A stretch of 64,000 bases of DNA from Anolis carolinensis (GCF_035594765.1 NC_085843.1:267383971-267447970), one strand, 5' to 3'; positions 52,162-64,000 are shown, counted from the first letter of the stretch. Notes: generated from the letters alone by a model not told the origin. Numbers and translations are program-made.

Positions 52162-52427
52162 GAGCCCCCAGATGGCGTAGTGGACTAAGTGACTTGAAGG
52201 TTGGGTTGCTGACCTGAAAGCTGCCAGGTTCGAATCCCACCTGGGGAGAGTGTGGATGAGCTCCCTCTATCAGCTCCAGCTCCATGCGGGGACACGAGAG
52301 AAGCCTCCCACAAGGATGGTAAAAACAACAAAACATCCGGGCGTCCCCTGGGAAACGTCCTTACAGACGGCCAATTCTCTCACTCCAGAAGCAACTCCGG
52401 TTGCTCCTGACACGAAAAAAAAAAAAA
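52162..52427 (+). mobile_element. Young tRNA-derived SINE, near-identical to 49861-50120
   Basis: A/B boxes, poly-A, 14-bp TSD ATAGTGTGTGGGAG. Confidence 0.92.
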
Positions 52428-52848
52428 ATAGTGTGTGGGAGATCTTTGCGGGTTCCTCATTCCCAATCCTAAAGCAGCAGCATAAGTACAATTGCTAGTT
52501 CAAATCAGAGTAGATTTACTGAATTAAAGGAAATTCTATAATTGATAATTCACCATGCAATCGTTGATTCAATCAGTTGGGATTTGCAAATGCATTTAAG
52601 TATTACATGTGACACTGACAGTCACTACTACAGCCTACACCCACCCTTGCTCCATTCACATAACTTTTCCCACTCAAAAAAAAAAAAAGTGCCGCATGAA
52701 TAAGACAGAATGCAAGTTCTATGATGGCACAATGAGAAAGCATGATAACTTTGCAAGCAATCATGCCTTTAAACAAAAACCTAACACTTGTACACTGAGA
52801 ACATCAGTGAGATGTACAACAACAACTCAACATTTGAATATTGGTGTA

Positions 52849-53200
52849 TAGGCAGTTCTCAAGTAACGAACAAGATAGGTTCTGTAGATTTGTTCTTAAG
52901 ATGAATTTGTATGCAAGTTAGAGCTGGTACATTTTTAAGGGTAGCTCCAGCCATACATTGGATATGTAGCTCCAACCATATATTGGATAGCATAGCGAAG
53001 AGTTTGTTTGTGGAGTTCGTTTTTCTGCCTGTGCTCCTGTTCAGAAGATTTCAGCTCACTTTCTGTCCCTATGATAAAGCTTCAGTGGAGATACCTTTTC
53101 CCTTTTGAGGATTACATTCCTCTCACTCCCTGTTGTCTCACCCCCGTTCATAACTATGAGTAATTTGTAAGTCAGATGTTTGTAACTTGGGGACTACCTG
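52849..53200. mobile_element. Tc1/mariner-type MITE
   Basis: Imperfect TIRs TAGGCAGTTCTCAAGTAAC / GTAACTTGGGGACTACCTG; TA flanks. Confidence 0.75.
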
Positions 53201-53290
53201 TACAAGAAAAGTAGAAGCAAAAAGGCTACAAAAAAAGTCATTAAATGGATGTGAGAAGTCAAAAGTCTCACGTGAGAAGACTACAGGAAT

Positions 53291-53510
53291 TGGGTTGTTG
53301 TGAGTTTTCCAGGCTGTTTGGCCATGTCCCAGAAGCATTCTCTTCTGACGTTTCACCTACATCTATGGCAGGCATCCTCACAACCTCTGAGGATGCCTGC
53401 CATAGATGTGGGTGAAACGTCAGGAGAGAATGCTTCTGGAACATGGCCAAACAGCCTGGAAAACTCACAACAACCCAGTTATTCCGGCCATGAATGCCTT
53501 CGACAACACA
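53291..53510 (+). mobile_element. Penelope-like terminal-repeat remnant in inverted arrangement
   Basis: 90-bp inverted arms (53291-53380 / 53388-53477); same sequence at 61838 and 63530. Confidence 0.75.
53384..53424 (+). ncRNA. Minimal type I hammerhead ribozyme motif
   Basis: CCT-CTGAGGA-stem II-GAAA-CG-TC-AGG: intact core, 3-bp stem I, palindromic ACGT stem III. Confidence 0.65.
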
Positions 53511-55261
53511 TAGTACAGGAATTTCTTTGGATACATATATTGGCACATTACTGCTCTGACACAGGTTGCATAGATGATTATGAATAATTGTGAATTTTGC
53601 AAAAATGAGGTGAGGGAAAAATCCTACTAAAATGATGGAATAAGAAACAAAAAAAAGGTCAATGGATGATTAATGGAACTGATCCATACACCCCTATGTA
53701 CCTAACCAACCCCAAAAGGTCTTCTATAATCATATTTGTATTGAATTCGTGTCTTGTATTTCTATGTGGAAGCAGGCTTAGCATTTACTGTGAATCCCCC
53801 AAAGAACTGTTTGTTATTGGATAGCATAGAAATGTTGTAAATAAATATAAAATAAATACTTCATCCATTCAGTAATAATTCAGTAGCCTGGGGTGCATTA
53901 TAACTTTGATATAAAAAACATCCTAGTACACTTGAGATCAACCTAAGGTACTCATTGACCATAAAATCTTAAAAGGAAAGAGACGCATATATTTTCATCA
54001 AATAGGAAAAACCTTGTGGGAAGAAGGTTCAGTAACAGAGTAGAAGCAAAGGGGTGGGAATCAAAGACATTGCAGGGCAAATGACGGTGCCGAATTCAAA
54101 GGATTGTTCCCAGTTGCATGCAGGAGACAGACAGTAACTTAAAGGAGTTAAGAAAGATATGGATTACCCATTGTTTCTAACACAACAAAATACTCTTGCC
54201 TCTTTGGTATCGTTGTCATGTCTAGTGAAAAAGGGACTCCACAAAAGCCTAGGAACAGAGAGGATAGAGGGAAACCAGATCTCTATCATACGCCTTTCTT
54301 CTCCTTCTTCTCCGAAGCACACGTTTCTCAGAAACTATTACTCACCTGATATATCAATCAACAAGCTGTTTACAAACTCTCCCTGTGACTCACATCCATC
54401 CTGGTGTGAATGCACCATCAACAACACCCCACCCAATGCTGATGTATGGGTTGGAGCAGGAGTGAAGAGCTTGTACAATCAAGTATAGATGAATGTCAAA
54501 GCATAAATCGGGGAATATGATACTTTACGACAGCTGTAACACAGCAAATCTCCCTGGTTATTCTGGCTAGGGCTGATGGGAAATGCACACTGTTAATTAT
54601 TGGGTGTGGCCACAAGTTATCCATTTTTCCTGTTGTGGGGCCTAATTTCAAAGCCCCATCAAGCCATAAAGCTCACACGACAGCCTTGGCAAAGTTGGTG
54701 TTTGTAGTGATCTTCCATGGAGGAAGCGTGGAGCACTGCAGAAAACCCCAGCACAGATGGAGACTGATAAGAACCAGTTGTGAATCTAGAGTAGGTCCTT
54801 CAATATTTAGTTGAACCCACTACTGCTTTAATCTGAATGTTGAAGGAGCTCTCTAATTCAGATAATCCCATCTCCGAAAAAAGAAAGGTTCCGCCCCTTG
54901 GTTAATTCTTTCAGAGCAGATTTACCACCTCACTGTCACAGAAGGCACCATCAGCTGCTAATGAAAGCATTAGGTCCACTTCCCTCATTGGATAATGACG
55001 AAGATGATGCCAATTATGATAATGACATTAGACACAGCAATTTACAGTTCAAATAACTTGCAAGTTGCCCCTGCTGCATTTTGATTGCTATTGAAATTTA
55101 TTTATTTAACAAGCCCAATATTTCTGCTTTCGCCCCCAATGTCCCAATAGATTTTGGGGCCCAATGATTTTCTAGGTGACAAAGCAGTCCTATCAGCAGG
55201 AATTTTTTGGGGCAAAGTGGTCTACTCGGGAAAAGTAAGACAGAAGAAGCCAGACAAAATC

Positions 55262-56834
55262 CAGACTGGACCAATCGCAGTCTGGCTTCAGACCTGGTTA
55301 CAGTACTGAGACGGCTTTGGTCGCCTTGGTGGATGACCTCCGCAGAGAACTGGACAGGGGGAGTGTGACCCTGCTGGTTCTCTTGGACATCTCAGCAGCG
55401 TTCGATACCATCGATCATGGTATCATTCTGGGGCGGCTCTCCGGGATGGGTCTTGGGGGCACTGTTCTGCAGTGGCTTCAGTCCTTCCTGGAGGGTCGCA
55501 CCCAGATGGTGAAGCTGGGGGACACCTGCTCGGACCCCTGGCCATTGACCTGTGGGGTCCCGCAAGGTTCTATTTTGTCTCCCATGCTTTTTAATATCTA
55601 CATGAAACCGTTGGGCGAGGTCATCCGGAGTTTTGGAGTTCGGTGCCACCTCTACGCAGATGACACCCAACTCTACTACTCTTTTCCACCTAAATCCAAA
55701 GAAGCCCCTCGGATACTGGACCAGTGTCTGGCCACTGTGTTGGCCTGGATGAGGGCGAACAAGCTGAAACTTAATCCTGACAAGACAGAGGTCCTCCAGG
55801 TCAGTCGTACGTCTGATCGGGGTATTGGGTGGCAACCTGTGCTTGACGGGGTTGCACTCCCCCTGAAGGCGCAGGTCCGCAGCTTGGGGGTCCTCCTGGA
55901 TTCGGGGCTGACGCTTGAAGCTCAGGTGTCGGCCGTGGCTGGGAGGGCCTTTGCACAAGTAAAACTTGTGCGCCAGCTGCGACCATACCTCGAGAAGTCA
56001 GATCTGGCCATGGTGGTCCATGCCTTAGTTACCTCTAGACTGGATTACTGCAATGCACTCTACGTGGGGCTGCCTTTGAAGACAGCCCGGAAATTACAAC
56101 TAGTTCAATGTTCGGCAGCCAGGTTTCTAACTGGAGCAAATTACAGGGCGCGTTCAACGCCACTGTTTAAGGAGCTCCATTGGCTGCCATTTATTTTCCG
56201 GGCCCAATTCAAGGTGCAGGTTATCACCTACAAAGCCCTAAACGGTTTGGGACCCACCTACCTTCGAGACCGCATTTTCCCCTATGAACCTGCACGACCT
56301 CTTCGCTCATCGGGGGAGGCCCTCCTCTCGCTCCCACCACCTTCACAATCACAGCTGATGGGGATGAGGGAGAGGGCCTTCTCCGTCGTGGCCCCCTGGC
56401 TCTGGAACTCGCTCCCCGGGGAGATTAGGCAGGCCCCTACCCTCCTCTCCTTTCGGACGAGCCTGAAGACCGCTCTTCCGGGAGGCTTTTGGTGACTGAT
56501 CTCTGTATCATTGACCGGCTGTCCATTTCAGTGAACGCCTTCCCCAGTATTATAATAGCACTTTATAGCCATTACAGCTGAATAACTTCCTTCCTCTGAT
56601 GATATGATTTATTTGCACTCTTAGCACTTTGGCCTAGATTCTTTGAACTTTATCCATGATTTTAACATTTTATCTTGTATGTGGTTTTTATGACTTGTTT
56701 TTATGGTTTGATTATTGGTTTCATTGGTTTCTTGTCTTGTTTTTATTGTTCTATTCGGGCTTGGCCCCATGTAAGCCGCCCCGAGTCCCTTCGGGGTCTT
56801 ATTCGTATAAGAATAAAATTATTATTATTATTAT
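55262..56834 (+). mobile_element. 5'-truncated young L2 LINE with open RT frame (55317..56495)
   Basis: LLDISAAFDTIDH, GVPQGSILSP, YADD, SRLDYCNALY motifs; TGTAAGCCGCCCCGAGTCCC 3' stem and (ATT)n tail. Confidence 0.95.
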
Positions 56835-57590
56835 AGATCAGCAGAGGATTGTTTGGAAGAGGAAAGGGTACACAAGAAGAATACAAACTCTTTCATTTCT
56901 TCTGGGTTCTTGTACAGATAATAGTTCCCTATCTAATCGTGGTGTTGACTGAACTTCTTACTAGTTTTCCCTATTTTGCTTGAGGAGAAAATGGAACAAC
57001 AATTGATCTTGTTCCAGGAAAGTTAACACACAATCCAACCAACACAGAAAACAAATTACAACACAATGAGTCTGCTTCCATTTTGAAATGATTTTTGCAT
57101 TAGAACCAAAGAAAACTTACTTGTAAATCACATGTATGCACACACATGCAAATGCACAAACATACATTGGGAATGACTTATTTCCAAGCACAAAAGAACT
57201 GAGTCCCTATGTTATACAGGCTGCCGAAGAGAAAACCACCACTAAAGATTTCACAGTCTTCAGAAAAGAAAAGATTCAGCTTTTATCCATAGATGCATTC
57301 ACTCAAGCCCATAATAGAGCTGTCAAGAAACAACAACAATTTATTGTGCTATAATTTTGGCTTAGCAGAAATGCTTCCAGGCATGGATTTCTCTCCCCAA
57401 GAGTGCAGCCAGTTGTTAAGCGGTGATCCCCATGCAAAAATAAAAATGAAAATATGCATGCACCAAAGTTGCCATCAGCAGAAAGAAAGAGGAAAGGCAT
57501 TTTAGGAAGGTATTACTGAGGTAGAAGAAAAAACCCCAAACCCAATTTATTAAAAGTGGAGGCTAATTCAAAGCCACTTCTCTGGCTGAC

Positions 57591-57674
57591 CTGCGCAGCG
57601 TCTAGCGCACTCTTGTGTTCTTCCAATGTCACTACAAGCTGGTCATGTTGGGAGAGCAAATTCTTATGCTGCAG
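57591..57674 (-). CDS. GOLIM4: GOLIM4 exon 7 equivalent (84 nt), LQHKNLLSQHDQLVVTLEEHKSALDAAQ
   Basis: atgtag acceptor, gtcagc donor, phase 0-0. Confidence 0.93.
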
Positions 57675-59111
57675 CTACATAAAAGAAAACACCACATCAA
57701 ATTTGATCCCAAGTGTACTTCATCAAGGCAAGTGCCAATCATTTTTCAAAGCCTAACAAATATATACTTAGGGTTGTCCACTTGACTGGAAAGATGATTC
57801 ACCAGTTGCCTACTAACCAATTCACTAACTATAGTATTTCCAATTTTATCCAACCTTTAGTTACAATGGGGTTGGTACAGATATAATTATGATTAACAGG
57901 CTAGGAACAGGCTGTGAAGTTTATTTATTATCCTTACTTCACATATACTGACCTTACCAATAGAATTTCTATTCCTACCTTAATCAAAAATAAAGGGTAA
58001 ATCAACCTTAGCCATGGTTAATATTAACCAGGTTCCTTCCTAAATAAGGGGTTGATATATGTTTCAAACCCTAGTTAAGCATAAACCCTTGATAACATCA
58101 GCCCAGAGCATTTGCTTACCACCAAGACTGTTTACCAAGTTTGCTTACTATCACCCTCATTTTGAAAAAAAAAATTGTAAAGGTATTTTAGAGGATTATT
58201 AATAAAAAGGTTTTCAAATTCATGCCTATCACTTATCAATCCTGCGATGGCAGGCAATCCACAAAAAAAGCTAATGAAGATGATTACAAATGGAAAAACA
58301 ATCACAATGAATAATGGGAATGAATTACTTGGCAAACGCTACAACAAATAATGGGAATAAATTACATCTTTAAACATGTATTTTTCCAAGCTTTATATCA
58401 TCATCGTTAGGGTTGGAATAAACATATGCATTACCTAAAATTAAATGAAAAATTCTTAGTTCAGAAAGAGAGCATATCTTCCTGTTGCCAGCTTCCAGTG
58501 TCTCTTAACCAGGAACAGGAGTCATGCAAGATTCTAAATATTGCTGGACTGCAATTCCCAGCATGACTCACCACTGATGATGCTAACAAGGACTATAGCC
58601 CTACAACAGCTGAAGGCCTGCAAGGCTCACATTCTTGCACTTAATCATGGTGACACATCTCACACAGAGTGATTACACTGAAAAAAGTGAGAGATGTCAT
58701 ATTTGGCAAAAGCTACCATGCACCATTAGGTGAAAATGCCATCTCTCTTAATACTTTTTATTCCTTCATAACCTAATACACCAGAATCCAAACAGCATCA
58801 AAAATTAAATAGGGTTGTCCTCACTTAATAAAATGGGACTACAACTCCTAGAATTTCCCAGCCAGCATGGCCAGTGTAGGAAAACGAATACATGTTATTT
58901 CTGCATTGTACATATGGCTTGAAGTCATGTATTAATCTCCCCAAGACAACACTATATGTACTTAAGAAGTTTCTCCAAACATTTTCTTTCTATTAAATTA
59001 AGAAAATAATATTTGAATCATCAATTCCACTTGCAACATTTCTATACTCTTTGGCAAACGGAAGATATTGCCCCTCCCTCAATAATGCCTTGCAGGGATT
59101 TGGGAACTTAC

Positions 59112-59194
59112 CTTCACATCTTGTAGCTGGGTATGAATATCTTGGTGGGCTTTCCTCAACTGCCTGTTTTCTTCTCGCAGATTATACATGGATT
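59112..59194 (-). CDS. GOLIM4: GOLIM4 exon 6 equivalent (83 nt), ESMYNLREENRQLRKAHQDIHTQLQDVK
   Basis: ttaacag acceptor, gtaagt donor, phase 1-0; frame continuous with the previous exon. Confidence 0.95.
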
Positions 59195-59372
59195 CTGTTA
59201 AAATTCAAATGTAAACAAATCTTGATCCTAGAGATATATTTGATGGAGGATCTGAATCGCTGAAGGTTTAAATATTTACGTTTGACTCCTACTAAAAACT
59301 GGCAATCAAATAACATATATTTCCCCTCCTGCACCCAAAGTTTAATTACAAATGAATAACTGCATTCAATAC

Positions 59373-59523
59373 CCTTTATCTTTGACAGCTCTTGCTCTTT
59401 ATCTTGCTGTAGCTCTGCATATCTCTGTTTGTGATCATTGACTACACGGTTAAAATCTTCTCCTTGTCTCCTATGATCCTCTTCCAGGTCCGAATGCTGT
59501 TTCCTTAATTCCTCATGTTGACT
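59373..59523 (-). CDS. GOLIM4: GOLIM4 exon 5 equivalent (151 nt), SQHEELRKQHSDLEEDHRRQGEDFNRVVNDHKQRYAELQQDKEQELSKIK
   Basis: ttacag acceptor, gtattg donor, phase 0-1; inside ORF 59182..59538. Confidence 0.95.
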
Positions 59524-59789
59524 CTGTAAGCAATGCAAAATAAAAATAAAAAAATGAAAAGGTGTACCATAACAAATTTGTTATAAAAAAAATAAACTAA
59601 ACACTGAAAACATAGTAATTCAACTTTTATACTAGAGCAGCACAACAGTCCATTATTGTAGCAGTTATTATTGGCTCTCTTTTACAGAGCGGAGTAAGAG
59701 GAAGTGGCTGTCAGCTTTGAGGCCCCTAATTCTGTATTTCTGGTTAGTGAAGGTCCTCAGAACTGAGGAAACCAGAGGTGGCAACTATG

Positions 59790-60020
59790 GACTAAAATAA
59801 TAGACTCAGAATTGGAAGAGGACTCATGAGTCAATGTCCAACCACTGCTCAATGCAGAATCATAAGCTGTGCCAGCTGTCTGATGTCTTTCTTGAGACAT
59901 CCAGAGAAGAAGCCCTCACCACCACTCCAGGCTATTGGTTCCATTCCTAGTGTCAAGGTGTTCCTTCTGATGTTTAATTGGCATCTACTCTCCTGTAACT
60001 TCAAACCTTTAGATACCATC
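59790..60020 (-). mobile_element. Degraded CR1 3' fragment
   Basis: GLKLQESRCQLNIRRN peptide typical of the CR1 ORF2 end. Confidence 0.65.
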
Positions 60021-61027
60021 ATAAGATGCTGGTGATTAATATCTAAACGACCATGGCTGGTCACCGCTACTTAAAATATTATACATCTATTTATATGTTT
60101 GAATATTCAGTGCAGAATTTCTTCAGGTTACACAAAATTTTAAAATAGGGGTATAATGACTTGAGAGTGGGCCTGGTTAAAAAGGAAAGTCAGGTACCCT
60201 TCCAAATTACACAATTATAGTGCTATGATCCCATTTTAACTGCTGTGACAACATCTACAGAATCTTGGTATTTGCAGTTTAGAGAGGGGAAGTGAAAATA
60301 CACAACTAGAAAGCTCTAGTCCCTCATGTTGTTATTTGTCATTGACTTCCACCTATGATGAATCTTTCAATAGCCCCAGTCAATGGCTTCTTAGGTCTTG
60401 TCACCTCAAGGCCCTCACTTCCTTGACTGAATCAATCCAGCTGTTATATGGCCTTCATATTTGCCAGGTACTTTCAAATTTTTGCTCAAAGATCCATTAA
60501 TTTGTGATGTTAACCACAGAACTTCTCCAGCACTACATTTCAAATACGTCGATTCTATTTCTTTGTTGCCCAAATTTTACAGCCGTACACAGAAATTGGA
60601 ACCAAAGGATTCTATAGGAGGTTGCCATGGTAATTAAAGTGAAATCACATCAAAATAATTGTGGTGTGTGAAAGGTTGGTGCAATATCCCAGCATGCACA
60701 CAAGAAGTTCTTCTTCACTCTACAGTGCACAGAAATTTGTGCACATGGGAAATGGAGAAGCAATATTTTTGCAAAAGGAAAGAGGACTTCTCAAAGCACC
60801 CAGAAGATTTAATTGAGTTGAAAAATTAGTTATTTCAACAAGAGAAGAGCCTGAATATCACAATTTTTCTAAATTCCCAATGAAGAACTAGCCCCCCACC
60901 CCCCTTTTGGGTGTATGGTAGTATAAGAGGAAGCAAAGTAGCGTCACAGGGAGAGGTGGGAAATAAATGTATTATTATTAATATTATTATTAAATGACTA
61001 GATTTTTACAACAAAAATCATATCTAC

Positions 61028-61081
61028 CTTCAGCATCTGGTGTTGAACATTCAATGCACTGTATCTACTATTGGAATCTTG
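61028..61081 (-). CDS. GOLIM4: GOLIM4 coding exon (human exon 4 equivalent, 54 nt), QDSNSRYSALNVQHQMLK
   Basis: Flanked by cag acceptor and gtagat donor, phase 0-0; peptide matches the GOLIM4 coiled-coil stem as I recall it. Confidence 0.93.
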
Positions 61082-61837
61082 CTGGAAATGAAAAAGAGAA
61101 ATACAGCATTAGTTCATATGCAATGCATTCCTACAAAGGTATGGAAACTTTCTTGAAACTGCAAAGAAATGGCAACCTCACTGTTGGAATGTAGGAAATA
61201 ACTGGGATTCGAGACCCAAATGAATGTTGTTTTTCCTAGGATGAAATCCCCCCACTCCAAGTGTTGGACGAAAAATTCCATTGTCTTAGTTTTATGGAGA
61301 TGAAATGATCCCAATACCTCCAATTAGTGCTATATTGAGGAAAGGATGTCCTAATGTTTGCTTTCTGTAGTACCAAACCAAGTTGCTGCTCTGCCATAAT
61401 ATTCAGTTACTCAATTGCAAGACATACAGGACTGCTTGAGATTTTCACCCACAACTAATTAATTTCAATGTCAAAGAGATAGAAGAACAAATCTCTGAAC
61501 TGCACAGCAGCTGGTCCAGCTGGTGCAATTGATATAGGCACTTCCCTGTTTAGTGCCCTACTGCTGAAGTAACCCAGTCACCTTTTATATCTCTTGAATT
61601 CTCCACTGCCATCTGAAAACTATCAGCGAGTTGCCACTTCCTCCATTTATTCCCAGTAAAATTCCAAAGAGGACACAGGGATTGTTTGCCTTGACTTCCA
61701 TAAATGAAGTGTGTTCTGTTCAGGGCCCAGAATTCTCTCTTCTTTTTTTTTTTAGCATGATCCACAGTCAATTCTGACATGGCTTCTTAAAAAATTATAT
61801 TCTCATTAGAGAAACAGCAGGAAATATCCCCCAGTAG

Positions 61838-61972
61838 CTCACAACCTCTGAGGATGCCTACCACAGATGTGGGCAAAATATCAGGAGAGAAGGTTTCTGG
61901 AACATGGCCATGCAGCCCGGAAGACTCACAGCAACCCAGTGATTCTGGCCATGAAAGCCTTTGACAATACAT
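61838..61972 (+). mobile_element. Penelope-like remnant with mutated hammerhead core
   Basis: Homologous to 53380-53510; GAAAC is changed to AAAAT. Confidence 0.75.
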
Positions 61973-62981
61973 TATCCTCAGTAGATTGAAAATCAGTCAG
62001 ACAGATAGGAAAAACTCAGTACAAGCTGAAACAGGTGGACAAAGTTTATTCATGTCCATTTTCTGTGAAGAGTAAGGGAGCTCAATTTGTGCATATTTGA
62101 GTAGGAAGAGAGTAGACTGTGTGAATGAGGTTCATGTAGATTTCTTACTGTAGTATAAGGATTTTTGCCTGAGCAATGGATGAATGAGTGTGAAATAGAT
62201 AGATTCCCATGAAACTGTTCTGCACTCTTGATTTAGTAACATAAATGTGAAATAGTCAAATTTTTTCACTGTGCAATGTTAGATGTTGGTGGAACAGAAA
62301 ATGTTACTCAAAGTAGTCTTTGGGTCGCTTTGAAGAGTCTCATCAACATCCTTATGCAGAGGGGTGAGTTACACTGAACTGAAATGAATTGCTGTTTTCC
62401 CTGTAATTGACCTTGCATGTGGACACAGAGTACATGGACGGTTGTTAACCGTCCTGAAGTCATACAACTAACAATGAGATTAATCTGATCTTCGCTGTTG
62501 ATGTTGTGTGCCTTCAAGTTGTTCCAATTTATGGCAATACTAAGGCAACCCTATCACAGGATTTTCTAGGTTTAAGAGTATGTGATTTGTCCAAGGTCAT
62601 CCAGCAAATGGAGAATCAAACCCTGGTCATAGTCCAACACTCAAATCACTATGCTATGCTGGCACTCTTGCTTATCTGATCTTATTTGTCTAATCTTATT
62701 GGACTAGAAATCAAAGGAAGTGCTCCTTACAATGAAGAGATCTTCCAATTTCCCTGCTGCAAATCACGTCATCTTTTCCCTTGGAATAGCATCTATGTAA
62801 ACAACAGAAGCCTAAATCCAATTGCTAGACATCCCTAGAGTAGTATAGTTGAATCAATTCTAGAATGGTAAATCAACACTTCTGTTCCTGTGACCTATTC
62901 TAATTGGGACTAGCAACTGGATTCAACCTAAAAGCTACTATAAGAACTTCCCTTCAAATACAACTATGCTATAAATTATGG

Positions 62982-63101
62982 TAGTGGTTCTCAACCTGTG
63001 GGTCCCCAGGTATTTTGGCCTACAACTCCCAGAAATCCCTGTCAGTTTACCAGCTGTTAGGATTTCTGGGAGTTGAAGACCAAAACATCTGGGGACCACT
63101 G
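62982..63101. mobile_element. hAT-type MITE
   Basis: Same family; TSD AATTATGG/TATTATGG. Confidence 0.85.
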
Positions 63102-63489
63102 TATTATGGATTGCCCATTCCTGAAAAAATATAATAGTTCTCCTTCCTGCCATTTTTCATACCTTCAGTTAGCTCTGAATAAGTGCCTTACACTATAGCA
63201 TTGGCAAAACATTATAATGTGTCTATTAAGCAAAACATTTTGTGTTCACTGTTTACAGTGCAGAATTAGATTTTAAACTCTTGCAAATTTGCTGCTGTCC
63301 CAAAGATTACTTTCCTCAGGATTTGTGTTTCCAGTGGAGTTCAACACAAAACCATAGTCAGTCCTGCAACCAGAAGTGGATATCTTTCCAGTGTAGCAGG
63401 TCAGGGACTGCACTGAATATAATCTGAAGAGATCATTAGTATACCCATTAGAGAACAAACATGCCACCAGAAATTATCTTGGCTTTGTT

Positions 63490-63630
63490 TTGTTAAAAGC
63501 TTTCATGGCCATAATCACAGATATATACTTCACAGCCTCTGAGGATGCCTACCATAGATGTGAGTGAAACATCAGGAGAGAATACTTCTGGAACATGGCC
63601 ATACAGCCCAGAAAACACACAACAATCCTA
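63490..63630 (+). mobile_element. Penelope-like remnant with hammerhead-like core
   Basis: CTGAGGA at 63539-63545, then GAAACATCAGG; homologous to the 53380 copy. Confidence 0.7.
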
Positions 63631-64000
63631 TCTTGGCTTTTCTGCCCCAATGGTTTCTAGTACCAAAAAAGCCAGGTCACTCTGAATTGAACAGAGATTT
63701 GCCTCTTAATGTCTCTTACTGGTTCATCAATACAAACAGGAACCAAATAAGGTAACAGTTCTGCAGTGGCAACCTCAAGTTTTTAATATAATCTGCTTTG
63801 AATTAGAGCATGTGTCAAACACAAGGCCCATGGGCCGAATCTGGCCCATCACAGCATCATATGTGATCCGCAAGGTTCGGTCACATTTGGGAGTTGTAGC
63901 ATTTTGGTTTGCATTTTGTTTAGTGTTTGTTGTTATTTTCAGAACATGTTCAAATGATGAGGATGATGTGTGACGTGGCGTCCCAGATTATTTAACAATA

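Noticed and set aside
55392-55958. 188-aa antisense ORF
   Set aside because: Shadow frame of the GC-rich L2 ORF.
55317-56495. 392-aa ORF as a host gene
   Set aside because: It is the RT domain of a 5'-truncated L2; the start is a non-ATG artefact.
61082-64000. GOLIM4 exon 3 (expected ~50 nt, DFLVYKLEAQETLNKGR-like)
   Set aside because: No matching sequence found by eye; presumed to lie beyond the window.

Overview
AT-rich vertebrate genomic DNA. The repeat content (Sauria SINE, L2-tailed SINE, CR1/L2/RTE LINEs, Penelope remnants, MITEs) points to a squamate, most likely an Anolis lizard. The only protein-coding gene I can support is GOLIM4 on the minus strand. I read 13 coding exons by eye, equivalent to human exons 4-16 and running from 61081 to the stop at 28541. 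All have GT-AG junctions and a continuous frame; the 5' exons lie beyond the right edge. A probable ~2.8 kb 3'UTR ends near tandem AATAAA at ~25775. Positions 1-25 kb are intergenic. Most short ORFs in the supplied track are noise or TE-derived. The most interesting observations: (1) two related ~940 bp solo LTRs whose 3' ends contain internal repeated [LTR end + tRNA-Leu primer-binding site + anti-PBS hairpin] modules; (2) a third solo LTR whose U3 encodes a ~92-codon frame with one internal stop, ending in an HMGN-like RRSARL motif; (3) Penelope-derived minimal hammerhead ribozyme motifs; (4) a mosaic Helitron; (5) RBFOX motifs behind the 84-nt exon 7; (6) a locally templated 5' junction of an L2 insertion. 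TE family names come from recalled consensus features, not from a database search.
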